A stretch of 64,000 nucleotides of DNA from Antedon mediterranea (Eukaryota; Animalia; Echinodermata), in the NCBI RefSeq assembly GCF_964355755.1, contig NC_092670.1, forward strand, positions 25,096,795 through 25,160,794, read 5' to 3'. The notes under the pieces are model-generated. The model did not search any database. It was not told the DNA's origin and was given only the letters and a program-made list of their open reading frames with translations. Shown here piece by piece: positions 1-15,763 of this stretch. Numbering within the stretch: position 1 is the stretch's first letter; each line of letters starts with the position of its first letter. The position numbers and the translations under genes are program-made.

Positions 1-849
1 AAGCTTGCTGGTCAGTTAAAAGATCCTCTTCCAGCGGAGGATGAGCACAATTTGAGTGACGATGATGACGATGAAAATGATGAAGAAGTTTCAGAAAGGA
101 AGGAAGATGAATCAGATGATGAACAAGAGGAAGAGACAAAAAACGAGTCAATGGATACTGTGCAACAAAGAGCAGGACCGCCAATAGGTTTACCATCCAG
201 TCAGCCTAGATATCTACCCCCAGGTGCACCTCCTAATCCTCCTCAAGGTCCCCCTCCACGTCCACCACCTGGTTTCCCACCTGGAATGACCATGCCAAAC
301 TTCAGCAGGCCACCTCCACTTCGAACTCTACCTCCTGGGATGTTACCCCCTGGCCCACCACCAGGACGTCCACCTGCACCACCCCCAGGTCCCCCTCCTG
401 GTATGCCACCCCTTATGCGTGGAACATTGCCACCAAGACTTCCTCCCCCATCAAATTTACAACCTCCACGTGGTTTACCACCGCCACCACCTGGAACAAG
501 ACCAGTTGTACCTCCCCCACAAATTACAGAAAATCCTAATGTACTCAGCGCTCCTCCTAGCATTCATAAGCCGCCCATGAGGCAAGAAATGACAGACAAA
601 ATACCAATTCAGTCAGCTACTATTGAGGCCAAGCCACAGCTAAGAAATCTTCAAGCTGATGTCACAAGGTTTATGCCAACATCACTCAGAGTAAAGAGGG
701 ATGCAAAGACTAAATCAAAAACTGGTAAAACGGCACCTGAACGTAACGAAATCGTTGTTGCTCCCATACCGAAACTAGCTGTGACTACGGCAGCTACTAA
801 GGACGATGCTTACGAACAATTCATGAAAGAAATGGAAAACTTTCTTTGA
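1..849 (+). CDS. WBP11: WW domain-binding protein 11 (NpwBP/SIPP1), C-terminal coding portion; gene starts upstream of the window
   Basis: Frame 1 is open from base 1 (KLAGQLKD...). An acidic tract and proline-rich PPGPPPG region are followed by AKPQLRNLQADVTRFMPTSLRVKR and the terminus KDDAYEQFMKEMENFL*, matching WBP11 C-terminal motifs. Confidence 0.9.
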   Translation, partial: KLAGQLKDPLPAEDEHNLSDDDDDENDEEVSERKEDESDDEQEEETKNESMDTVQQRAGPPIGLPSSQPRYLPPGAPPNPPQGPPPRPPPGFPPGMTMPNFSRPPPLRTLPPGMLPPGPPPGRPPAPPPGPPPGMPPLMRGTLPPRLPPPSNLQPPRGLPPPPPGTRPVVPPPQITENPNVLSAPPSIHKPPMRQEMTDKIPIQSATIEAKPQLRNLQADVTRFMPTSLRVKRDAKTKSKTGKTAPERNEIVVAPIPKLAVTTAATKDDAYEQFMKEMENFL

Positions 850-1657
850 TTTGATTTTCTTTGTATTTATGATGTTTATATTTCAGCCGTTTTAAACACT
901 TTGTAAAGATCTAACATTTTATATCAACATTATTGTACTGTTGCTAAGTGTATAGTGTGAGTATGTCTCTGTTACTAATACATGTCACGTATACCATTTA
1001 ATACTATACTTTCACAGCGGTGAAAAGGTGAATTTAGGGCTAGAATTAAGCTAAAGTGCAACTCCACATGGCCAGGATCATGCTTAGTAATTCTTACAAC
1101 AAAAAAACACAAGAATGTTTTGACTTTTTCGTTGTTATCCTACAACCTGAAGAAGACGGTGTTTGCTCTCAGAAGAAGGTTGTAAAATAACAAACGAAAC
1201 GTTTTTGAAAACATAGAGTACTGCACACCCTACTTTACTGGTTATATATTATCTAATCAATAATGAAAGCTGGTCGATAATGTTTTTAATGAATTTATTA
1301 TGTTATTGTAAATGATCCTTATTTTTATTTTTGAGTTATACCTATGTACAGTATTTTGTGAAAGTTAAATACTCAAATAAACACAAAATTATTAATTTAA
1401 TATACTTTGATGCAGTGTTTGATTTTTTGTTGTGAATAACGTCCGTTCAAATGCTAAAAATGGTTTAGCCGTTTCATTTTTAGCGAAAAAACAGCATGTG
1501 CACCATAACACACATAACCTAAATACTGTACATCTAACACTATAAAAAATCTCGGTTTTACAGGTAAGACAAATTGTTACAATCAATTGTAGTGACTCAG
1601 TGGTGATTTTTACTTGGCAAAATTTCCTTTTTCCAAGTATAGTATGCTTGTTAGCAC

Positions 1658-2511
1658 GATAGCTATTGTGCTATAGATAGTTATTGTGCTATAGATAGCT
1701 ATTGTGCTATAGATAGTTATTGTGCTATAGATAGTTATTGTGCTATAGATAGCTATTGTGCTATAGATATTGTGCTATAGATAGTTATTGTGCTATAGAT
1801 AGCTATTGTGCTATAGATAGCTATTGTGCTATAGATAGCTATTGTGCTATAGATAGCTATTGTGCTATAGATAGCTATTGTGCTATAGATAGCTATTGTG
1901 CTATAGATAGCTATTGTGCTATAGATAGCTATTGTGCTATAGATAGCTATTGTGCTATAGATAGCTATTGTGCTATAGATAGCTATTGTGCTATAGATAG
2001 CTATTGTGCTATAGATAGCTATTGTGCTATAGATAGCTATTGTGCTATAGATAGTTATTGTGCTATAGATAGTTATTGTGCTATAGATAGTTATTGTGCT
2101 ATAGATAGCTATTGTGCTATAGATAGCTATTGTGCTATAGATAGATATTGTGCTATAGATAGTTATTGTGCTATAGATAATTATTGTGCTATAGATAGTT
2201 ATTGTGCTATAGATAGTTATTGTGCTATAGATAGTTATTGTGCTATAGATAGTTATTGTGCTATAGATAGTTATTGTGCTATAGATAGTTATTGTGCTAT
2301 AGATAGTTATTGTGCTATAGATAGTTATTGTGCTATAGATAGTTATTGTGCTATAGATAGTTATTGTGCTATAGATAGTTATTGTGCTATAGATAGTTAT
2401 TGTGCTATAGATAGTTATTGCGCTATAGATAGTTATTGCGCTATAGATAGTTATTGCGCTATAGATAGTTATTGTGCTATAGATAGTTATTGTGCTATAG
2501 ATAGTTATTGT
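1658..2511. repeat. 18-bp minisatellite (GATAGYTATTGTGCTATA)n, ~47 copies
   Basis: Directly visible near-perfect tandem array with C/T variant blocks. Confidence 0.98.
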
Positions 2512-2983
2512 GATAATTTGTCGGTGTAAATAGATATATACTTAAGAACAACAACAGAACATGCATATTGAAATTCAAGAAAATCGGTTCATTATTAACT
2601 TCACAAAAAAGAAAATGTGTATTCTTTTAATAGTAGTATTAATAGTAATTCAGTCGCTGGGTGCCTTCATTCTTTTTGTGAGAACAGTCAGAAAAATAGA
2701 AATTATTTTCATTTTCTTTAACAAGCGGAATAATTCAACGAACATAATGAATTGTAAACTAAATTGACCAGCATAAATGAATACACGATTGTTAACATAC
2801 TTTGGATCGTGTCCTATTCAAAGATTCATTCATTAACAACAATACCAAGCAGCCAGTGTGTTAGTTCAAATACAATTATTTCTCGTAAAATTGTTCATTG
2901 AACGCGTTCGATTGATTTGGTTTGATTGACGTACCACAACAAGCATTTATTAACCGTCCGTCATAATAATAATAACATAATTG

Positions 2984-3118
2984 GTCAGATGTTTTGCTCT
3001 ACTCTGACGTAATTTTTACTTGATACTAAGTATATATTGACAATATAACGCTTAATTCACAGACTGGAGAGTCGAATCCACGAGCTCCTGATCATACCTC
3101 TATTTATACCACCGAACT
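2984..3118. mobile_element. Truncated copy of the tRNA-containing TIR element at 34526-34762
   Basis: Shares TCAGATGTTTTGCTCTACTCTGACGTAATT...ATACTAAG and a decayed TCGAATCCACG...TCATACCTCTA...ACCACCGA segment; right TIR absent. Confidence 0.7.
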
Positions 3119-3339
3119 TAAAGAAATTAAATTAAATTGAATATTAAGATCCTACCTAATTAACGTATCTGAATAAAAAACATTTAGGCCTACTATTATT
3201 GTAATTACTCAACAAAAAAGACCCCCAATTTCGTATTTTCTATTTTACCATTTCCTAATACTAATAATGAAAGAAGAAAATCACTAGCAGCTATGACATA
3301 TAACAAGCTGAAGTCGTCGGTAGAACACAAAACGATGTC

Positions 3340-3731
3340 TATAGACGTGAAATCCTAATTTCAGGAAAATGTTGCGAAAGATGATAGATATTAAATTAAC
3401 AGATAGAGTGTGTAACACGAAAATATACGAGATAACAAAACAAGAAGAATGGAGTAAAAGAATTAAACGAAGGAGACTAAAATGGTATGGACACATAATT
3501 AGATTACCGGATGATACCCCAATCAAACAAACAATGAAGGAAACTAACAGGAAAGTAAAACGACCCGTAGGAAGACCAAGAAATAACTGGATGAATCAAA
3601 TAAAGAAAGACTTACAAGGACATGTAGACACAACACAATAACAAACCATCCTGCCATAAACAGAAAAAAATGGAAACAAATTGTGGAAAGCGTAATGTCG
3701 GAAGACGGAAAACGTTAGCAACAACAACAAT
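3340..3731 (+). mobile_element. 3' fragment of a non-LTR retrotransposon (RTE-like)
   Basis: ORF 3369-3641 has RRRLKWYGHIIR and KRPVGRPRNNW, typical of the post-RT C-terminus of RTE-clade LINEs; followed by a (CAA)n tail at ~3719-3730. Confidence 0.75.
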
Positions 3732-4600
3732 ACTAATAGTAACTATGGAGCTCTAATTTGATATGTCCACACTCTGATTCCGTGTCGGTGGTAGCATGGA
3801 ATAACATTCTGACAAATAAGTTATGGGCCCAGTGTGAACGTAATTCTGTTTTCACCTCTACGCACGAAATAGCTTCACACATGCTTTTGTTAATCGGTAA
3901 CATTTTATCATCATTTTGTTAATAGTTTTTCTTTTTTTGCACTGTGTGTTGTCATTGCTGCTGTTTTAATTATTATAACTAGTTTATTTTACTGGTATTT
4001 GTTTTAGGTTTATTCGTAATCTTGTGAGGTTTGTCTAATTAAACTTTAGTGTTCTTGCTTTCTACCTTATTTCTTGTATTGTATGGAGTTTTGTGTAAAT
4101 TACACCGCATTGTGTACGCTCACCTTTTTCCCTAAATACGGATGTGTATTGTATTAGTACAACCCCTATTAAGGCCAGGTACACATCTGATAGATGCCGT
4201 GTTCCCTGAATAGGAATTGACGTAGATTTTAAACTTATACTACCCCTCATTCGTTGTCAACGAAAAGTATCCCCTTATAAGTAGACGTGTCTTAAAGGAG
4301 GGCGTTACTGTATGAATATTTTAGTGTCATGGATTTATACTGCTGCATAATAAAATAATATATACATTGAATAGAAAAATCTAGTTAACCAAGGATGCAG
4401 CATTGTTGTGTAGAAACACCTCGGAGCATTATTTATTAATAAGGTCATCAATAAGTAACCCCCGATATATTGATCGTTTAATAGGTCGAGAGGCTTTTGT
4501 TAACCTCGAATCAGCTGACGAATTGTACTTGTACAGGTACACACTAAGTTAATCAATATGCTCTTAAATTACTCTGAGATGTGTACTAATATATTCATTA

Positions 4601-5170
4601 TTTTCTAGGTTAAGTTATTTTCTGAACAATTTGTTCTGTTTTGCTTTTTGTTATTACGTTCGTATTGCCTAAGCCGGTTTCTGATAAAAGGCATTTATAT
4701 TTTTTCTCAAGTCGGTTAAATATAATTTATTAGACTGATTGTTGTTTTTAAAACTACGTTCAATTTATAGATTGGTTTCTGGTTATACAGACATTATTTT
4801 CTAGACTGATTTAATTTTGTCTTTTGAGGTTTGTGTTTTTTACTTTTTTTCATACTCAATTTCGAGTCAAAGTTCTTCTGACCAATTTGTTCTGTTTTTC
4901 TTTTTGTTATTACGTTGTCTGTATTGCCTATGCCGGTTTCTGGTAAAAGGCATTTATATTTTGTCTAAAATTTCGTCTATTTTGTCTATGTTATTTTCTG
5001 GCCAGTCTGTTAAATATAATTATACTGATTGTTGTTTTTTAAAACTTACGTTCAATTTATAGATTAATTTCTGTTTATACAGACATTATTATATTATATT
5101 TCTAGACTGATTAAAGTTTGTCTTTTGAGGTTTGTGTTTTTGACTTTTTTTCATACCCAATTTCGAGTCT
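4601..5170. repeat. Diverged tandem duplication of a ~270-290 bp segment
   Basis: TCTGAACAATTTGTTCTG...CAATTTCGAGTC (4601-4868) is repeated as TCTGACCAATTTGTTCTG...CAATTTCGAGTC (4877-5169). Confidence 0.85.
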
Positions 5171-5262
5171 CAAGTTGGGCATATCACTTTAACGGTGTGT
5201 ATCATGTATTATTGTTTGTCATTATGGTATAATAATGATTTGCAGGAATAGGCCTATTATAT

Positions 5263-5446
5263 TTAAGCATGTTTTCCTGTCGACGTTGTTTGATGCTATC
5301 GTTAACAATAATCGGCGATCTTCGGCGTAAACATTGAAATGTTAACGATTTACAGGAAAAGGTACTCGCTATCATCATTTCAACTTGATCGTTTTCAAAC
5401 GATCGTACGATAGCGTCGAATAACGTCGACAGGAAAACAGGCTTAA
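5263..5446. mobile_element. MITE with terminal inverted repeats
   Basis: TTAAGCATGTTTTCCTGTCGACGTT ... AACGTCGACAGGAAAACAGGCTTAA inverted termini. Confidence 0.7.
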
Positions 5447-6383
5447 AGTGCATGACAAATGAGTTAATTACCATGTAGACTTTGCTACTTTGGAACTGGA
5501 AAATGTCTGTAAATTTCGCTAAGAGTGTGTCCGGTTATAATTTAGTAATCTGGTAAAATTTCACGATATCATTTTACTAATAATGTGCAACAGTGCATCT
5601 TTTCTTAATATCACTGTTTTCAGTTAAACGAAGAATGAATGTGTGACCTAGAAATAAATGACAACGTGCATGAAAGCCTCCTTCTCCAAGCCCAGCGTCA
5701 TTTAAAAATCGATCAACACTTCATCAATTCTTTAAGACAAAATTATAACAAAAGCCTTTTTTAGATTTGGACGCATTACGTTGTTAGTTTAAAGTATTAT
5801 TTCAATGACTTGCTCAGTATTAGTAACAGTATTGCAATACGACAACCAAGGTCAACCTTTCTCTATACAGTAGGCCTAACTTCGTATTATTTAAATTAAA
5901 ATATAGTTTGTTGACCGTTAGTAGGAAGCCCGTCTATCCACATAATTCAACCGCCTCTTTGGTACCATGACAATAATATACTAGAAATTGCAAAGTGAAA
6001 ATTAGTGTGATTGCTGCGAGCAGATGGGGAGGGGCTATATTATATAATTATGCAAAACAACAATGTTGTGATACAGTCTAAATTTAAGGCCAACAATACA
6101 AAAGAATATTAGACGAAGTGTGGATTTGTTCAATCATCAATTTAGTTAATATAATTTGTAACTTGTTTAACCGTTTAAAAGTTTCTTTAAAAAATGTCTT
6201 CGTTCGTCAAATAAAAAGACCGTCCCAGAGAAATAAGTAGCCCGTAGATATCATGTCTAGCGCGAATGCTGTTCGCTGAGCGAGCTAAGGTTAGATTGCA
6301 CACCATCTATCTAGATCTATCATTTTCTTAAGTCTTAAAAATATTGATTAGCCTAAGTCCTACGCATGTACTTTTTATAATAG

Positions 6384-6462
6384 GACCTGGGCGAATTACA
6401 ACTTAATACACCATTCTAACAATTAGAATGGCACGACTTTAAGTTGTAATCCGTCCAGGTCC
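6384..6462. repeat. Short imperfect palindrome (probable internally deleted MITE)
   Basis: GGACCTGGGCGAATTACAACTTAA..CCATTCTAA / TTAGAATGG..TTAAGTTGTAATCCGTCCAGGTCC. Confidence 0.65.
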
Positions 6463-7112
6463 CTTTTATTATTAAGTTTTTAATTAGCATCATCTGTAAA
6501 TGGGTTGTAATTACAGCCCTAATTTTAAAGACTATTGATACTGAGTACCTAAATATTGATACTTAAGTAGTAACTGCTGATAATTAGAAATGTAAATAAA
6601 TACTAGACCTATATTCGCAGAAAATACACAATATATTATTTATTCATACTCCGTACGAAAAAAAATGTTCTTTATTTACAAATAAACAATAGTTTTGGAC
6701 GGAGTTAAATTTACCTCGACGGATATTATATTACGGCTTTAGGAAAAAAAAAGAATTCTTCAATTATTGCCATAAAAATCGTATTATTCATAATTAATTG
6801 TAAAAATTATAAGTAATATAGTAGGCCTACTCATTTAAATCAAAATGGACGGCAGACAAACCACACGCACACACAACATATCAATTCGACACAAATTATA
6901 TATATATTAATATTATTAATGTACAATTAACGGTATTTCTTCTCTTTTATGGTCATGATTCAAATATTTAAAAAAAAATATGCTCTGATATACAACATAA
7001 TGATATAAATCAATTAAAAAAAATAATTTCCATTTTTCATGATTTTGGCACACTTAAAACATAGTTTGTTTTACCATGCATGATTATTAAGATTTACTGA
7101 ACCAAAAACAAA

Positions 7113-10301
<3,189 letters not shown>

Positions 10302-11744
10302 TTAATTTTCTGCTTCGACTTCCTTTCCTCTGATTGGTCAGCTATTCGCTACTAATTTGAGTATGATCTCAATTTTTTTCTCCTTGATTTGATCAGATAG
10401 CAAAACAGTGTAATTGAGTTTATTGATTATTCTGAAAACAAGAACAAAAATGTAAAAGAATTAGCAAACATGATTAAAATTGGTTCAGTAAGGACGCCAC
10501 CCCTCTGTGGATATTGGACAAGAAAATGCAATGTTTTTAATTTATTCCATTCGTACTTCTTGCATGCGTGCGCCATAAAAAGAGCGTGTTTGTGTTAGCG
10601 CACCAGAAGCTACGCGCCTGCTAACGCAAGTGAATTGTCCTATCATCACAGTTCTTCTAACGCGTCTCTATGTACGAATTTTTGTATGCATGGTAATACC
10701 GGGGTAACACGTTGTACGGGTAACGCCTTCAAAAACTAAACATAAGCCTACATAGTGTATATTCTTTACGTTGGCGTTAACAGAATAAGATCAGTATATC
10801 TGTGGAATCTACTCAACTATACGTAAGCAAATCGATGACATTGTTTTTTCTATATTCCAGTGTAAAACATAATATATATTATTTGTTGAGGTAGAGAGTG
10901 GGAGAGGGGTTAATGTCCAATACATCTATTGTAAGCTGACCTGGTCGATCCTGGGTGACGTGACATGCGATACTTGGTAACTAAGAACCTACAAGTAGTA
11001 TCATGATGTCTTATCAACATTGCTGTGGACTATTTGCGTAGTTTTGTTCGCTATTTAATTTAGTTAACAACAGGACTTTGTATGTACGTTATTTAATAAG
11101 CAAATTATGTACTCAATGCTCCATGACTGGATAAAACATTGAGAATCGATGCAATATCAACTGCGTATCATTGCCTATGCTAATGTTAATATATTGTTCA
11201 ATTGTATTAACATAATATAAAAAATAATAAATAGGAGTGGTTACTTGATAATTATTTTTGATAACATTTATTGTTTCCACGATGAAACACAACAAACATG
11301 ATTTAAATCAAATTTATGGCAAGCATCTGATGTCTTAAGTTTTCAAAAATAATATATTAGGCTTATATTATTTACTTGTTGTATTGTATTATGTATATTA
11401 TTGACGATTTTTTTTTATTATTGTGCATGTGTATCTTGTTAAGTTTAACCTGACATGTGTATTATTGATCAACTGTTATTATTGCATGCGTGTTCTAAAC
11501 CTGCATGGTTTCTAACCATCATCCAGTTATAGAGAGCTTTGGTGTACAGTGTACTTTGTACAGGACAGATCAGTGTGGGTGGTATCACTTATAGCCCTAT
11601 TAAGTAGCCCTTGTATTTATACCTTTAACTATTTAAATCCCGTGTCAACATACTATCAATTTGTTGTAACGATCAATGTACACGTATACAGTCATAGGCC
11701 TAACTACTCTGTGCGATACTAAATGACTATGAATATAGTACTTA

Positions 11745-12165
11745 CAAAATCCACAACCTGTCGATTCACAAGTTGGTCATCCGGTAATCAAAACAACTGG
11801 CTATTTGCCTGACCACTGCCCTGCCGTTGACTTACTGCCCGAGCGATACTGATCTGCGTGTGCAATTCACACTAGCAAGTGCTAAACTGAAGTCTATAGA
11901 ACTCTTCATTGCATACATCCACTTAGCAACCTATAAACCGGTATCAACAAAATCCTGCACGGTGATTGGTTGACTGTTGCTAATCGGTCACCAATCCGTA
12001 TCTCTGCTGAGGGTAAACATATTCAACAATCAGTTGTCATAATGCGGATATTGTGGTGTGTTGCTTTCATTGTTATCAATGAAAAACTGTACGGGAACAA
12101 TACTTATATAAATTGTCATTAATAATAACAATGTATATTTGTTTCGTTGTCATGGATATAAATCA
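11745..12165 (-). promoter_or_regulatory. Probable FOXJ1 non-coding first exon and promoter with RFX, forkhead and CCAAT motifs
   Basis: Minus-strand donor GTAAGT at 11740-11745 and an acceptor near 10432. X-box-like TAGCAAC (~11924), GTTGCTA (~11977) and GTTGTCATGGATAT (~12146); GTAAACA (~12013); ATTGG/CCAAT (~11965, ~11991). Confidence 0.55.
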
Positions 12166-14001
12166 GGGATTTTTTAAAAATTTTTCTTTACAAATATACA
12201 ATTTTTCTATTTTTACTTTATTAATATAATAATAGCGTAGTTGGCATATCTTTTTGATAGACTGCATCTCTGGTTAAAAAGCGAAGTGCTACATATAGCC
12301 TATGTATTGTATTTGGTATCGCCAACATGGTCATTATTACGTAACGTCATATTTAAAATGTTATCGGAAAGACTCCTTTTGCGAAACATACGGGTATTTT
12401 GTGATGTGTAGAAAATACGATAAATAGTAAGCTCGCGTATTGCACGAATTAAACGTAATTAAATGTCTATTGATTTGACACAGACAGTACAATAGAGCGA
12501 AAATTGTTAAAAAAATATCTTTAAATATATAAAGATGGAGGAGTGCTACGTAACTGCTTCACGTTTTAAACCGAGTTACCCTAAGACTTAAGGCAACCGT
12601 TCAATGCCTACGCACGTCGTAGGCCTACGAAGTATGAAAGGGCTTTTTTAAAATGTTAAATGTTTTAATATAACGAGTCACTAAAAAGCCACCACAGGTT
12701 CCCTAAATTCCATGAGGTATTTTGAAGCATTTGTGGTAGCTTACTGATCACAATGGCCTTTTACATCATGAAAAAAGTTGCCAAACTCGTTTATATAATT
12801 CTCCTATAACAGCTCCTCATCCCACAATGAACTTAGCAATCGATAATTATTATTATTGATTTTCTTTACGCTAGACTGTTCGCTCATGTGTGAAATGTAA
12901 ACAATGTATTGACAAGGACTAAATATAGAGTTCATAAAGAATTTCATATGTGAATAATAAGCTATACAAAATGGCACGGTCACGACTCTCTGGAGATATT
13001 ACGCAAACAGTAGTTCAAAAGCCTGTAGCCAACGCACTTTGAAGTAAATACATTGTTCTTTACTAATTCAGTAATATACACACACGTCACACATGAAAGA
13101 GTGTTTGCATAGGTTGTACTTTTAATAGCTCCTACACAAACGTTTTGCTTAACCGATTTAAAGATTATTGCTATTTTAGATATGTAGACCGAGTTTTTAA
13201 ATTTCAGTTTGCGTTCATTGTTTTTTTACATCGATGACACACACCATAAACGTATTGTATTGGTCATGATAATGCAAACAAAGTTTATAGCTGGGTGATT
13301 AACGTGCGGCCTGCCATATTTGAAAGTCCAGTGTTCAATCCTGACCTGTGCCATTATGGATGTACTTCATTCCTTAAATTTGTATATCCTGTTGGCGAGT
13401 TACTTGTTGGATGAAATAATAATTGAAAAATGTGAACTACAAATGTATATGGGCAAAAGTTCATGAACAATTAAATAATAGTACTTAATTCGAAACGCAC
13501 CAGCGCAGATGACAGGGTGCGTGAGATTCTGCTCTCAAGCTATTCTCAGTAAATCCGTAGTTTAGTAATCAGTCATGCATTTTGAGTTGAACATGGAAGA
13601 AAAAATTGAGTATTTATTATTATTATATAATACGATCTACATGGGAAAGGTATACATTACCGTGACAATTTGAATAAAGAATCATGTAACGTCACCACCA
13701 TGATAGATGTTTTGTCCGGTTGCATAACGTTAATAAACATGCTTCTCTGTTAAACATTAAATGTCATCCCCATGCCATTCCTACCTTATTCACCCATTAC
13801 AGCCCATCACTATCAATGCTAAAGCCTGGTTTCCATAAAATCGCTACACCGTCGTTAACAGCGTTTCCATTAAAATCGCTACACGCGCAGATGTCGCCGA
13901 CGCAATCGGGAAGGCTCCCCGATTCATCGCAGTCAAATCGGCAAAGTTCAACCATGTTCAACTTTGCCAATTTTGTCGGCTATGAATCGTATACGCGTGC
14001 C

Positions 14002-15129
14002 CAGAGCCATATATAGAGAGAGTTACGGCATTGCGTTCACGGATTTTAGAAAGTCACGTGGTGTGCACGCCGGCCATGTTTGTGTCCAACTATGCCTATG
14101 TAGCGTATGGAGTCGAGTCATTTGCTTAAAAAATGTATAACATTCACAAGGCTTTAAATATCGAATTTAATATCAAAACAATCAATTTGTTTAAAGGTTT
14201 TTGTTATTAAGATAATAACGAAATCATAAAGTTACTGCGAACATGATTTTAAACAACAAAATGTAAAAACAATGCATTATACCAAAGATAATAAAGATAA
14301 TTTATATTCTTTGGCATTACTAATACTAATAGAGAATCGCTGTACAAACTAAACGCGCACGCGTAGAGCGTGCATGGAGCGCACAACCAGAACCGTTCCG
14401 AAATTGCTATTTTTGTTGTTTAAAATCATGTTCGCAGTAACTTTATAATTTTTTTATTATTTTAACAAAAACCTTTAATCAAATTGATTGTTTTGATATT
14501 AAATTCGATAATTAAAGCCTTTTGAACGTTATACATTTTCAAAACAAGACTCAACTCCATACGCTACATAGGAATAGTTGGACACAAACACGGCTTCTAA
14601 TCCATTCAATGCCATTACTCTCTCTATATCAAAGATACTATAGCGCCACGAAGTGGCGTATATAACCAAAGAATATAAATAGGTAAAGAATCAACAGTAC
14701 GCGCTGTTATACATAGAAGGATAGGAAACGCGGACGCTTATTCATGGACGCGTAAGAATCCAGCAGCCGAACGACGGCGGGCTCTAGATATGGTTCCCGT
14801 CTAATCCCACGTTTCGATGGATCGTGATGATCTGATGTGTTCTCGCGTCTGTGCTCTACTAATTTTGATATTATTAATATTTTGATAATCATTTTGATAA
14901 ATAATCATCGTTTTCATTTTTATAGATATTTACAATAAAAGTTTTACCTTACCCACGCCTGAAGGTGGCGCACTTCTTCTAGCGAAAAAGAAATGCGCCA
15001 CCTTCAGGCGTAGGCAAATAGTAACCCGGATGTGGTTTACACCGCCAACGGAACTGTTGTATCTTCTCCTTTTATTATCATTTGATATAACTACGTGGCG
15101 CTATACGATCTTTGCTATATATGGCTCTG
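14002..15129. mobile_element. Non-autonomous hAT-type element with 8-bp target site duplication
   Basis: TIR CAGAGCCATATATAG / CTATATATGGCTCTG flanked on both sides by CGCGTGCC (13994-14001, 15130-15137). Confidence 0.85.
14016..14624. mobile_element. Foldback-type element (~200-250 bp inverted arms) inserted in the left TIR of the hAT-type element
   Basis: GAGAGAGTTACGGCATTG / CAATGCCATTACTCTCTC termini in TATA context; arms ~14072-14261 and ~14411-14594 are reverse complements. Confidence 0.85.
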
Positions 15130-15763
15130 CGCGTGCCAAAGAATATTTAGCGCTCGCGTACTAGATCCCCCGATAAATTCTAGCGTTTCCATAGAATCGC
15201 TACGCTCTGTCGTGTAGCGATTTAAAGCCCGGCGCACACTAGAGCTTTCGGCTGAGCCAACTGGCACGAGTAACACTTGGCTCACTAAAAAATTTGCCGC
15301 AAACTATGTTCGCGTTCTATCGGACGCACACTAAACGCCTTGAGTACGCGATTTTCTGATTGGATAATTACTTACTACGCTAACAGCACGCGCTGAAATA
15401 TCATAATAAATCAGAACATGTCATGCGCAGTGGAATTTTTTAGTGAGCAGGAAGCTCACGTTCGGCGCACACTTGAGGAAAATGGCACGCGTGCCAAAAA
15501 ATATTAAACACGATAGATATTTTCCTCAGCGGCATGCGTGGCCGATTCCTCACGAAATCCCCGGCGCACACTGTGAGGCAAGTCTTTATGGAAACCAGGC
15601 TACAGAAGAAAAGAAGCACTTTCATAATTTATGTAAAGGTACGAATAAAAAAAGAACATGAATGCCGTTTCTAAAATTTAATACAATAGCAGTAATACAT
15701 ATTGCAATATTGGATACATTCATGTATACATGTAAAAATTCCTAAGCATTCCGAAATGACAGA

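Larger units (their letters stand above)
13823..15601. mobile_element. Non-autonomous TIR element (PIF/Harbinger-like termini) hosting three nested insertions
   Basis: Left end TAA|AGCCTGGTTTCCATAAAATCGCTACAC; right end GTGTAGCGATTTA..[insert]..TTATGGAAACCAGGCT. Confidence 0.75.

Noticed and set aside
243-563. Gly-rich minus-strand ORF
   Set aside because: Antisense of the proline-rich WBP11 coding sequence.
1756-2529. 257-aa ORF (YCAIDS)n
   Set aside because: By-product of a stop-free 18-bp tandem repeat; no ATG start, splice context or unique sequence.
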